From the human T2T-CHM13v2.0 reference genome, Homo sapiens, in NCBI RefSeq assembly GCF_009914755.1, contig NC_060929.1: DNA of 64,000 nt; one strand, 5' to 3'. Position 1 is the first letter of the stretch. Every line of letters begins with the position of its first letter. The position numbers were made by a program, and so were the translations under genes. Shown piece after piece: positions 1-12,699 of this stretch. The notes below the pieces were generated by a model, which saw nothing but the letters and a program-made list of their open reading frames with translations, made no database searches and was not told the origin of the DNA.

Positions 1-99
1 CTGAATTTTGTGTCTGTCATATTATAAACACCTACACATACCACAATGACACTTCTGTTAAGAAAAATCACAGGGGAAAAAAATGCAAAAATTCAACAC

Positions 100-1085
100 A
101 ACAGTGATGCATTTTCATTCACCAACAATGGGAGAGTAACTAATATATCCCTTCCTGAAAGTCAGTGTGACATTATCTATCAAAAACTAGAATGAGGAAG
201 GCCTTCAAATTCAGTATTTGCACTTCTAGGAATCAAACCAAGTGAATGACTTGCACATTTATGTAAACACGTATTTTGGGGATATACACTGCAACACTGG
301 ATATATAATATGCAGTTCATACTAAAAAACTCCAAACCCGAATTCTTAATTTCATTCTAATTCTGTTCTACCTAGTCTTCCACCTTCTAGTAAAAACGGC
401 CCCAGCTGATCAAGCCAAATACCAAGGACTCCTTCATTCCTCCTTCACAATATATCCAACAGAGTCCTATTTCTTTTTCCTATAAAACACACTGAGAATC
501 ATTCATCTTCTGGATCTCTGCTGCTACCACCCCAGTCTCAGCCACATTTATCTCCCACCTGGACTACAATAAAAATTTCCAGAGTGATTGGCTCCCATTT
601 ACTCTTGTCTCTTAAACTCCAGTAAGATCATGCACTTCCCTGTATAAAACTCTTCCACAACTTTGCATTGCATTTCAAGCACAATCTAAATGCCTCCCTA
701 GTGCCTACCTGCCTCTCCAAAACAGCCTCCCTTGCTTTGACAATGCTGACCAAAACGGACAATTCCTAAAACCTACCAAGCCCTCCTCTGCTCCAAAGCC
801 CTTAACCATATTTTTCTCCAGCCTGGAAATTATCTTTCAAGGTTAGCTCTTCACTATCCAGATATTATCACTGTAGCCTTTCCTGGCAATCATACTTAAC
901 CTTTAACACAGTATTACTTCATTCTATTTGTCTCTTTACCCACTCACCTCAATTTTCAATTATCTTGTTCATTTGTTTATTAATTGCATATTTCTTCCCA
1001 CTAGTACATAAAATCCAGATGGCATGGAACTGTTTTACTGGTGTTATCTCAACACCATGTGTAGTCCATATCAATAAATATATAT
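100..1085. mobile_element. Old L1M and L2 fragments in intron 2
   Basis: Degenerate L1M 3'-region-like sequence at ~100-310 and L2-like sequence at ~350-1085 ending in caataaata...gaatg. Confidence 0.5.
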
Positions 1086-2066
1086 TGTATGAATGGCAGA
1101 ATAACAGGAGGGCAAGCTGAGTTTTTGCTTTCATTTGCCACATTTAAGCTATTATTTAAATTATGAGTCAATTTACAGTAAAAATCTTAGATCAGCCAAT
1201 TCCTCTAACCTATTTCAATAATCTACTAAAATAATGAAAAATGTTAATTAGATCAATAAGAACTTGGTGAAAACCTGCACAGTACACTACTAAAAGTTTA
1301 TGATCTGGCTTCAGCAATCTTAGCTTCACCTCTGGTCACACACAAACACCTTAATTTGTGGCAATTTTCCTTTAGGAAAATAAGTTCTTCACAATGGCTA
1401 TAACTCCAGGTATAAATGGCAAGAGAAGAAGCTGAGAAGATCGTGGAAGACAGATCAGGCTTTGTACTGGAAGAAGTATTTACGTTTCAGTTTAGAGAGT
1501 CATAGATTTTCGAGCAAGGTTCGTTTACTTAAGAACAAGCAAGGCATCTGAGCAACTGAAAGGTTGAGGGCCCAGAAACAGCACAAAGATTACCACCTAA
1601 ATGCTATGAACAAATAACTATCATAGAATCAGTATTATGTTTTCTTGTGTGGCAGATGAAAATTTAGATATTCCCTTACGATTTAGATTTCAATAGTGTT
1701 ATACTAAAGCCTACGCTGCAGTATGTGGCTTGTTCCTAAAACTATTCCCAGTGAAATTATGTCAAGTTGCCTTGTGCAGTCTTGTCCAATCTCAGATAAT
1801 GTGCTAGAATCTATGTAAGTGCTCTCTCTGCTGATAACTTATTCTCCTTATCTTATTCATTCCAAACTCTACCACATTTTAAAAATACTCTCCATTCATC
1901 CGCTTACATATTCTATTTTTACTTCTAAAATGAAGCCTACTTACCTAATAAGTGCACTTCTAAAACCATGCTGTGTAATATATAATTTGTTATTGAGAAT
2001 ATTTTCCTGTTTGTTATCATTCTAGAATTGGAAAATTGATCTTGGGAAAGATTAATACTTTAATAT

Positions 2067-2571
2067 TGTCTTAGTCCATTTGCATTGCTAAAAAGGAACA
2101 CCTGAGGTATTTATATAGAAAAGAAATTGATTTGGCTCACAGTTCTACTGTACAAGAACATACTGCCAGCACCTGCTTCTAGTGAGGGCCTCTAGCTGCT
2201 TCCACTCAGGGCAGAAGGCAAAGGGCAGCTAGCCAGAGATCACAGAGATCACATGGGGAGAGAGGAAGCAAGAGAGCTACAGGGGAGGGGCCAGAATCTT
2301 TTTTTGTTTGTAGAGTCTCACTATATTGCCCAGGCTGGTCTCTAACTCCTGAGCTCAAGGGATTCTTCTGCCTCAGTCTTCCGAAATGATTTTAGGCGTG
2401 AGCCCCCACGCCTAGCTCAAACTCTCTTTAACAAACAGTTTTGTTGGGAACAAACAGAACTCACTGACCCCATTCCCAGGGCATTAATGTATTCATGAAT
2501 GATCCATCTCCATGACCCAAACACCTCCCTCCAATATGAGGTTTAGGGGGACAAACATCCACACTATAGCA
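2067..2571 (+). mobile_element. MaLR LTR (MST-like) interrupted by a FLAM/Alu monomer at ~2298-2416 (minus)
   Basis: Starts tgtcttagtccattt, contains tttggctcacagttct and gcagaaggcaaaggg, ends acaaacatccacactatagca. The internal segment is an Alu left-monomer reverse complement. Confidence 0.75.
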
Positions 2572-3414
2572 AATACTAATTTTCACTATTAACAAACAAA
2601 TCTAACAATCTTAACTTCTTAAAAATAATTCCTATAGCATAACAGACTCCAATTATCCTTTGTCTTTTATTTGCAGGGGTTAAGTAAGTGAATAAAGCCT
2701 CTGAATTTATAACCATCTGATTTTATTTCTAATTATTTCAATATTTGCTATTAGAAGTCCCAGGAAGGACATTAAAATGTTAAGGTCTACTTTCATTTGT
2801 CCACCGTTCTGGCTCTACTATATTTGTTTTTTTATTAAAAATGTCATTGGGAAAAAATATGTATATAATTAAATTTCCTTTCTGAGCCTTTGAATAATAT
2901 ATTTCTCCATCTAACGAGAGCAACTGTAGGTTGCTCTGAAGTTCTATGTTTCTTATCTAGGTCCAAAAGTAGAGCTAGTTTCATTTCTTAGGAAAATTTC
3001 CACTTTTCTAAATGTCACCTCTCTTTGTCTCAAATCAGGAATCAACATGTCCAGGGTGCAGAGCTGTAAACACAGCAAATAAAAGTACAAAAGGGAAAAA
3101 CTAAAGATCTCAGAACTCCAATGAGGTCACAACCTGCAAAGGAAAACAAGTCATCTCTTCTTGAGGAGGACTGTGTATAATATGGGGAATAAGAATTAGA
3201 GGCTTAAAAACTTGGAGAACCACTGAAACGATGAATAATGTACAGTCTCTCTAATCTCCTATCTCATACAGTTCACACAATGAACAAACCAGTGAGGTGT
3301 GGAAGAGATGTAAACCCTTACCATACTGTGTAAGTGAATTGCAATATAAAGTTAATGACCTAGTTTTATCCACTTCTTCAGATTAAAACAAACACAAACA
3401 CAATAGAAACTTAC

Positions 3415-3678
3415 CTTCAAAAAGAGACCCCAATTTATATTCTCCACTGAAAAATTGTGGCAATGAGAATACAAGTGCTCCCAGTCCAATCATAAAGGCT
3501 GCAAATGCAAGCCATCTCGGCTTATGTCCTCTTTCACCAAAGAATGATACAAATAAAGACAACAAACAGAATGAAATATCGTAGCTTGATGAAATCAGGC
3601 CAGTCAGGGAACTCTTCATTTCATAACGCTTCTCAACAGTGGAAATGCTAATATTTACTAGGCCATTAACTACAATAC
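3415..3678 (-). CDS. SLCO4C1: SLCO4C1 coding exon 2, 264 nt
   Basis: Acceptor cttttctgttttttag|G at 3679/3678 and donor GAAG|gtaagt at 3415/3414. Spliced frame reads GIVVNGLVNISISTVEKRYEMKSSLTGLISSSYDISFCLLSLFVSFFGERGHKPRWLAFAAFMIGLGALVFSLPQFFSGEYKLGSLFE, a typical OATP TM1-TM3 region. Intron 1 is 3679-7979; intron 2 runs off the left edge. Confidence 0.97.
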
Positions 3679-3863
3679 CTAAAAAACAGAAAAGTTGATG
3701 TGCATCATTAATATTTTACCATACGATTAAGATTATTAACACAATGAAGTAGAGTTTGATTATTCATTTCTTTTTTTTTTTTAAATGTACCAGTTTTCAA
3801 AGGCTCAAAGTTTCAAAGTTAGGCAACCTAAACATATTTCCTTGAAAATCAGTTTGCTTTTTA

Positions 3864-4248
<385 letters not shown>

Positions 4249-4808
4249 TGATGCTTGCTACGTACTAAATTATAGTTAACTAGCCTTAATTCATTTTTCT
4301 TTAAATGATGAAGTCAAACTGGTAAAGTCCCGTGAAGCCAGTTTGATAGAGTTTCCAAGTATTAATATATCATACTCCCATGGACCTCACTCAGAAGACT
4401 ACAAAAGGCACAAGAGACCCCATAGGCCACTACAGTTAGGCTCAATTGCTTCCCAAATTATTCAATCCTTAAACATATTTATCTATGACAAGAGATAACT
4501 TTGACTATTACTTTATCTCTTCCCTCCTCTCCCCAACTCCAAAAAAAGAGATAACCTTGATTTAGTCTTAGGAAGAAGAAATTGAGCTCTCAAACCCCTA
4601 TATTTTTCTAACATTCTTACAGATATTAAAGTTACCATGTAAAGGATTCTAGAGCAAAAGTAAACATAAGTCTTTCAACCACTTGCATTCTAAATTGTAT
4701 GCAAAGTAAAAGAAAAAACATATATTTATTATAACTATAGTGAAGGAATAGAAGGTAAACAAGGTAAGACTGAAAATCTGAAAATTTTGACTTACTTAAA
4801 AATGTCCT

Positions 4809-5055
4809 GTCCAGATATAGATTAAACTTACAGGAGTTTTAAACATAACTATAAATTGAAAATTTTAAAAATCTGATTGAATTAACTAGAGATTCCTTTT
4901 ACTTAGGTATGATAAATTGTTTTCATTCATTAACAGTCCAGATATAGATTAAACTTACAGGAGTTTAAACATTACTATAAATTGAAAATAAAAAACATCT
5001 GATTGAATTAACTAGGTATCCTTTTTACTTAGGTATGATAAATTGTTTTCATTCA
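4809..5055. repeat. Two-copy ~127-bp tandem duplication
   Basis: gtccagatatagattaaacttacaggag...gtatgataaattgttttcattca at 4809-4929 and 4936-5055, with a few substitutions and indels. Confidence 0.95.
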
Positions 5056-5786
5056 ATACCAGAATGAGTATATACATACAAGTCATGATCTCCACAAATC
5101 TCTTTAAATTTTGATTAAGACCGTAGCTGAAAATATATTTCAAAAAAAATAAATTCAACAAATTTAATAAGTTTCAAAACTCATGACATATTTTTTACTT
5201 TTATACCCATTTCATAAGACTATAAGCCAATTTACAATTCTTAGGATTTCAAAATAAAGTACCTAAAGTATCTTAGGATGACATTTTTATACGTTATCTA
5301 ATAATACAAAATTTTCCGCATCCAATAAAATCAACTTCCCTATCACTTGCCATACTGATTAAAAATTAGTTAATAGAAAGAATTGTCTTTATGGTAAAAC
5401 TTCTCTTTGAAAAAAAAATTTGTAAACTCCTCAGGAAGGATAGCACATTAATCCAATGACTCTTAAAGTGAATTCTATGCTATACAAGTTCCAAGAACAC
5501 TACTTAAAAAAACAAAAACAAAAAAATCAGGAAACGCTCCATACTACATCTCTCTGTTGTAAATGAATGACAATAGGAAGCACATTAGAAAATTAAGTAC
5601 TTAGAGAATCCCTGTTTGTCTTTGAGAAATGCTGGGTTAAATAAACTCATTCGAGAAATTTTGTTTTTCTTTCCAATTAAATGTATATTTAAATATACCA
5701 TGGAAATGATCTTAAGGATCATGTTTGAGAAACATGGCAATAAAGTTTTCAGGCATTCAAACTTAAACTGAAACGTAAACTAGTAA

Positions 5787-6469
<683 letters not shown>

Positions 6470-7979
6470 TAGATGCTGCTCCAGACTAAACCTGACAAAT
6501 TTTCTAGGAGTGACAATTACATTTGATAACAATTTTAGGCAATATTTTATATTAAATATAAAATGTTATATTTTGGAATAATATAGAAATTTCAGAGGAA
6601 TTTTAAGATAATACACAAGATAAGACATTTTTTACTTGTGTCCAACTTTTTTATCTTCGCATTCCTTTGACACTGAGATGCTTCACAATTACCAATTTTG
6701 TAAAACTATGATCAAGACATTAATGGAGGGGAACTTTGGTAGGGACAAGAAAAGTGGACAGGGAAATAATTCTTCAACACAAATCTACCTTCAGTAGAAG
6801 AGCTGCAGCGGACTTGCAATCAATAAATGGTTACTTAGCATCTAATGCGCAAAGCAAGGGGCCCTGGGTTCCTTGAAGAGGAAGAATAAGAACAAAAAGT
6901 ATACTTAGGCTTTGACTTAGTTTTCTATTAACTTAAAAAATGAGCTGTTTCCAACCCTCTAAAATCTATATTTCTAAGGTTGTATTTCTTCCAATTAATC
7001 CTTGACTGATTATACAGAAAATATTCTCGGACTATGACTCAAGTGACCAAAAAATATCTACATGCCAATTCAGCTAAGCTTCGGCATGTCCTTCTTGACT
7101 CCTCTCCACCTCTTCTCCACCCTTCCTCAAAGTCAACTCAGGTTAACTTCCTATTTTCCTTCAACCTCTGTATTGAACACACCAGAAGCAGCTTTAACCT
7201 TCCCTGTGCCTTCTTTCAAGGGAGCTGTTCTCCCTCCAGGATATCACTCCTCCAAACTGAGCTTAGATTGCAAGCCCCTGAGGGTATAAATCTGAACAGA
7301 ATCTGTAACTCCCAAGAGAACCTAAAAGAGATCCTAGAACAAAACAGATGCTGGATAACTAATGTAACACAATGAAGATTAAGGCTCAACAACGTCGGGA
7401 GCCTTTGCTAATTTACTCACTGGGCTCCTCTGGTGACCACATACTCTCAAACTAAATACACTCACAAAACATGAATGTCTGTATCTAATTTATACGATAG
7501 ATTTTTCATAGCTTTCTTCCTTGTAAGGCATCCCACTCCCACCTGCAAACGTATTACTCCTTCCCCTGAGGCAATGAAACAAATGTAAAAGTAAAATACC
7601 TTTAAAGAGTGCCTAGGTAAATTTTTGTCTTTATAATGTAAAATAAACTCCCCAGGGTATACCTTTCCCAAAGGAAGGTTCTTGTAATCTTCCCTGTAAG
7701 TCTTGAATCCACTAAACTGAGGTAAAACACAAAAGAGAAAAAGGCTTGTATTGCAAGTTTGAACTGTAGTGATAAAGGAGAAGCTGAACTTTGGAAGGCT
7801 GGCTGGGGGCCGGTAGGTTGACCTTGGTGAGAGCGCAAGCAAGTTCCAAACCCGGGGCCACCTTGCAGGGCGCGTCCACCGTCCCACGGACCCGGCGCAC
7901 CTGCCCTCTCCCCCGGCTGGCTCGCCGTGCCCACCTCGCTCTCCACTGGCCCGAGCCTCGAGCGGGCGCTGGACTTTAC

Positions 7980-8334
7980 CTTGCGTGACGGCCAAGAGGC
8001 AGTAGTGAAGCAGAAAGCCTCCAGGTGTGTTGCAGCGCTGGAGACATTGAGGATGGAAGTTCCTCCAGCCGTAAGACCCCTCCTCAAACTCGGACAGCGA
8101 CAGTGACCGGAGCTTCTCTTCGGAGACATTGGGAGGGGCTGAAGGCAGAGATGGCTCTGGTGACTTCTGGGGCTCCTGGGGCTTCTGAAGCTCCTGTGGC
8201 TGAGAATTCTCTCTTTGGGGGTCAGAGGACAAGGCAGAGACTTCGATTTGGGAGGGCGACGCAGACAAGCGGCGCAGGATGTCTGGGCTGGAGGGGACAA
8301 AAGCCAAGTTCTCAATACCTTTGGCGCTCTTCAT
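7980..8334 (-). CDS. SLCO4C1: SLCO4C1 (OATP4C1) coding exon 1, 355 nt, codons 1-118 plus 1 nt
   Basis: Translation MKSAKGIENLAFVPSSPDILRRLSASPSQ...CNTPGGFLLHYCLLAVTQG matches the OATP4C1 N-terminus as I recall it. ATG at 8334-8332 in context GAC-ATG-A. Donor CAAG|gtaaag at 7980/7979, phase 1, matching exon 2. Confidence 0.97.
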
Positions 8335-8612
8335 GTCTGGATGGGTTCTCCCGACTCCGGTGCTTCAGAGCAGCAGAGCCAGGTCCCTCTCTGGCTCCTC
8401 CCACAGGCAGGTGACAGCGCCCCCGTGCGGGAAGCTTCCCGCCTCCTGGCCCTCCAGCCTCCAGCGCACTCTCCGCCACCGCCTGAACCTTCCTACTCCA
8501 GCTCGCAGCTGTCTGGAGCGCAGAGCGCTGAGCGGGGGCGTTAGCGCCCCAGCCTGTGGCTTTGGCGCTCAGCTGTGCCTCACCCGTCGCCTCAAGGACC
8601 AACCGGAAGGCG

Positions 8613-8627
8613 CGGCGTGGGCGTGCC
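8613..8627 (-). promoter_or_regulatory. Tandem XRE cores (GGCACGCCCACGCCG) overlapping an EGR-type site
   Basis: GCGTG at 8615-8619 and 8621-8625. A tandem XRE in the SLCO4C1 promoter with AhR/statin induction has been described (recalled, not verified here). Confidence 0.7.
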
Positions 8628-8982
8628 ACCCGGCGGCGGCCGAGTAGAGGGGGCGAGAGTTCTCACCCCACAGCCTTCGACCGGAGTCCGCCTCCGCCCA
8701 AGCCCCTGCGGTTCTGACCTGAGCCTTCAGCCCGCAGCGCGCCTCCCTTGAGCCCAAGCACTGGGAACACACAGAGACTGTGGGAGTCTCTGGCCATAAG
8801 CTCCCCTTGGGTGCTGACATGAAACCTGTAAACAGTTGCATCAGGAGATTGTTCAGGAAACTATCTTGCGTTTTCTTCCTTTGCTGCTTACCAAAGCAGT
8901 CTAGGCTTGGACTCCAAGAATCAAGACGTCAGAGGTATACTTTGGTTCATGAGCATCTTGATAAGACTCTTGCCTGTCATCC

Positions 8983-9337
8983 TGTTACTGGTAGAAGGTG
9001 TCCAGGTTCTTGGCATCTTGAAGAAAGAATTGAAGAAAACGCACAAACAAAGCAAGGAAGGAATGAAGGGGTTTATTGAAAATGAAAGTACACTCCACAG
9101 TGTGGGAACGGGCGAGCATAGGGGCTCAAAGGCCCGGTTACAGAATTTTGGGGAGTTTAAATACCCCCTAGAGGATTCCATTGGTTACTTTGGGTATGCC
9201 CTATGTAAAGGGAGAAGATGAAGTAAAGTTACAAAGTCATTTATGGCCTACGCCCTATGGAGAGGATATTTCCTGTTACAGCTGAAGTGTGAATAGGCCT
9301 TATGTTTCCTGCCTCCAGACCCTATTTTCCTGCCTCA
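8983..9337 (-). mobile_element. Solo ERV1 LTR, MER51-type (~355 bp)
   Basis: Minus strand starts TGAGGCAGGAAAATAGGGTCTGGAGGCAGG and ends CCAGTAACA (TG...CA). Contains CCAAT, TATTTAAA and AATAAA in LTR order. 4-bp flanks atcc/gtcc. Confidence 0.8.
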
Positions 9338-9827
<490 letters not shown>

Positions 9828-10231
9828 CATGTCTAACTGTGGAATAAATAAGAAAAACACTTCGAAGAGCTTAACACCATTGTGTCATGGTAGGTACAAT
9901 TTAGTCATTCATTCTTTCACTTAACACAGACACAAAAAATTCTTGTGTCCTAGGTGCCAAACATTGTTCTAAGTTCTGGGGGTACACAAGTGAACAAAGA
10001 CTGGCAAATACCCCTACCCTTATGGTGCTTATGTTTTAATAGGAAACAGACAGTAATAATACATAGTACATGGCACATAATATGATAAATACTATTTTGT
10101 GAAACTTTTGTTTCAATTATATATGCTGTGTTTACTGGGTTGAGAGACAGATATAAAATATGTATCTTACTTTGGACAGAGGTACATTCTGTTACCTGTT
10201 TCCTCACAATCGAGAAAACTCTAGACTGGCC

Positions 10232-10522
10232 AGCCGGGCGCAGAGGTGCAGGCCTGTAATCCCAGTACTTTGGGAGGCCAAGGTGGGTGCCTTGAGTCCA
10301 GGAGTTTGAGACCAGCCTGGGCAACACGACAAAACCCTGTCTCTACCAAAAATGCAAAACTTAGCCTGGCATGGTGGTGCACGCCTGTAGTTCCAGATAC
10401 TTGGGAGGCTGAGGTGGGAGGGTCGCTTACAACCTGGGAGGGTGAGGTTGCAATGAGTACTCCAGCTGTGCCATAGAGCCAGACCTTGTCTCAAAAAAAT
10501 AAGAATTAAAAATAAAAATAAA
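10232..10522 (+). mobile_element. AluJ, flanked by L2 (~9900-10090) and MIR (~10560-10760) fragments
   Basis: Diverged Alu dimer with TSD-like ctctagactggcc / ttctagattggcc. Confidence 0.88.
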
Positions 10523-12313
10523 TTCTAGATTGGCCTAAAACATGGGGAAAGAGTAGAAGTAGGAGCTAACATTTAAAATGTCTGCTATATGCCCCATTAT
10601 TAAAATCTTTACAAAAGCAGCTGCACTGTTATATATAGTTTACATATTGAGGAAACCATATCCCATAAAGAATTAGTAACTGTCCCAAAGTCACATAGCT
10701 AATAAGTGAACTGCCACTTAAGGATCTGAACTCGGCTCTCTTAGCCAGAAGTCTTCCCTAAACTTTGCATTTTCTGTCTTTTAATAACTACAGTGTATCT
10801 CCATCAGGTTAAATTATTGCATAGCAATTTTAAGAGATCAAAATTCAAAATTCTGTGATATTCGTGAGGCTTAGAAGATTAATGCTGCTCTGAAAACCTA
10901 GATTTTGGAGGTATTCAAATTAAGCATGGTATGTAATCTTCCTGGGCTTGCTTTCTACAAAAATGGACTCAAAGTAGGTAACTATTTTGATCACCATTTT
11001 ATCTATGGAATACGAAGTAATTTACACAACCAGAAAATTTTGTTTTGATGGGATGTGATTACATACAATCATGGCTTAAGACTATTTTGCAGCTGTGACT
11101 TAATAAATCCATGCTATACTATCAAAATCAGAGTAGCATAATCATCGTGCACTTAAATTCATACTAAGGAGAAATCTCCACTCTCACAGTGTTAGAGAGA
11201 GAATTTTGGTTAAAGATTAGCAAAATTACTATTGCTTCATCTTAAATACATCTTGCTCTTACTGAAAGTTTCAATTTCCTGTTCCCTTACATTCTTTATG
11301 CTGCAGTGATGGAAGGGGCTTCGGTTTGCAACAAAAACCAAAAAACAAAAATAGGAAAGAAAAATTGTTAGTTTTCATCCCTGATAATTCTATGGAAAAA
11401 CGTCCATTTTAAAATTAATTGTTTGGTCAATCTAGGTTAAATCTGCCTCTAATGAACACAGTCAAAATATACCATCTTAAATTTCAGAAGGTAATTGATA
11501 CTTTACTCTTCTTATAGTACATTTTATTTGCTATGTTTTTAAAGGGTGGAGAATGGGAGAAAGAGAATGTCCAAAATTTATGGTAAGGCTCCCACACTGT
11601 AAACAGAAGCAGTCCCTGCCTCTGGATATCATTCTCTGGGATGTGCAGTAGGTCTTTCCTTTCAGGAATTGGATGAAACAAGGTGAAGTGGCTTAATGAC
11701 AGAAGTTATCAAGATTGTCCTACTAACTCCCCTTGCTCTGATTCCATGCTTAAGAGCGATCTTATGATTTGGGCCTTCCATGTAGATATGTATACTGGAT
11801 GAAAATGTATTGATATGCCTATCTTGAGTACTTTATCATTTTCCCCTCTGTGTTGTTAATGCTTTATTAGTTCCCTTCTGGTTTTAGACTAAATGTGAAC
11901 CCTTTAGCAGTATAACACTATGAGCTCATAGAATATTAAAATTAGAGGGATCTTGACAGTGGCTGATTACAAACATGGTCAAATGTGAATATCGTTGAGG
12001 TTAATTACAAATCCTAGTATTAACGGTTTATTAATATCACAGCATCTTATATTAACTGAATAAAAGCAACCAGACAATCTAAGTGACCATCTTAGTATTA
12101 TTGATTTATCTTTTCAGTTTTAAATGTTTCACAAAACATATAGTTAAAAATAATAAGTTAAATCTAAGAAAAAAATTAACACTGAACTGTATTGTTTTTA
12201 ATACTGTTTTAAATTGCAATTACACATAAATATATAATCATATTGAGAAGAAATGCAACTGTACTTTTTCTTTTCATCTTATTCATCATAAATCATTAAG
12301 AAATACATACATA

Positions 12314-12620
12314 AGCCAGGCACGGTGGCCCATGCCTGTAATCCCAGCATTTTGGGAGGCCAAGGCAGGAGGATTGCCTGAGCTCAGGAGTTCGAGACCA
12401 GCCGGGGCAACACGGTGAAAACCCGTATCTACTAAAATACAAGAAATTAGTGGTGGCATGTGCCTGTAGTCCCAGCTACTCAGGAGGCTGAGGCAGCAGA
12501 ATTGCTAGAACCTGGGAGAGGGAGGTTGCAGTGAGCCAAGATCACGCCACTGCACCACTGCACTCCAGCCTGGGTGACACAGCAAGACTTGATCGCTTAA
12601 AAAAAAAAGAAAGAAAGAAA
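12314..12620 (+). mobile_element. AluS/J
   Basis: Alu dimer; TSD aagaaatacatacata on both sides. Confidence 0.92.
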
Positions 12621-12699
12621 AAGAAATACATACATAAACATGGCTGATAATAATTATTTGAAAAAAAAACATGTCAACATTTAAAACAGTAATCCTATA

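Larger units (their letters stand above)
7800..8760. promoter_or_regulatory. CpG island covering the SLCO4C1 promoter, 5' UTR and exon 1
   Basis: Abrupt GC-rich, CpG-dense segment in an otherwise AT-rich, CpG-depleted window, spanning the start codon. Confidence 0.9.

Noticed and set aside
7602-8647. Several overlapping ORFs on both strands around exon 1 (e.g. 237 aa at 7602-8315, 105 aa at 8312-8629)
   Set aside because: GC-rich CpG-island sequence is poor in stop codons, the two named ORFs start at TTG/GTG, and I found no upstream ATG on the gene strand between 8335 and ~8560.
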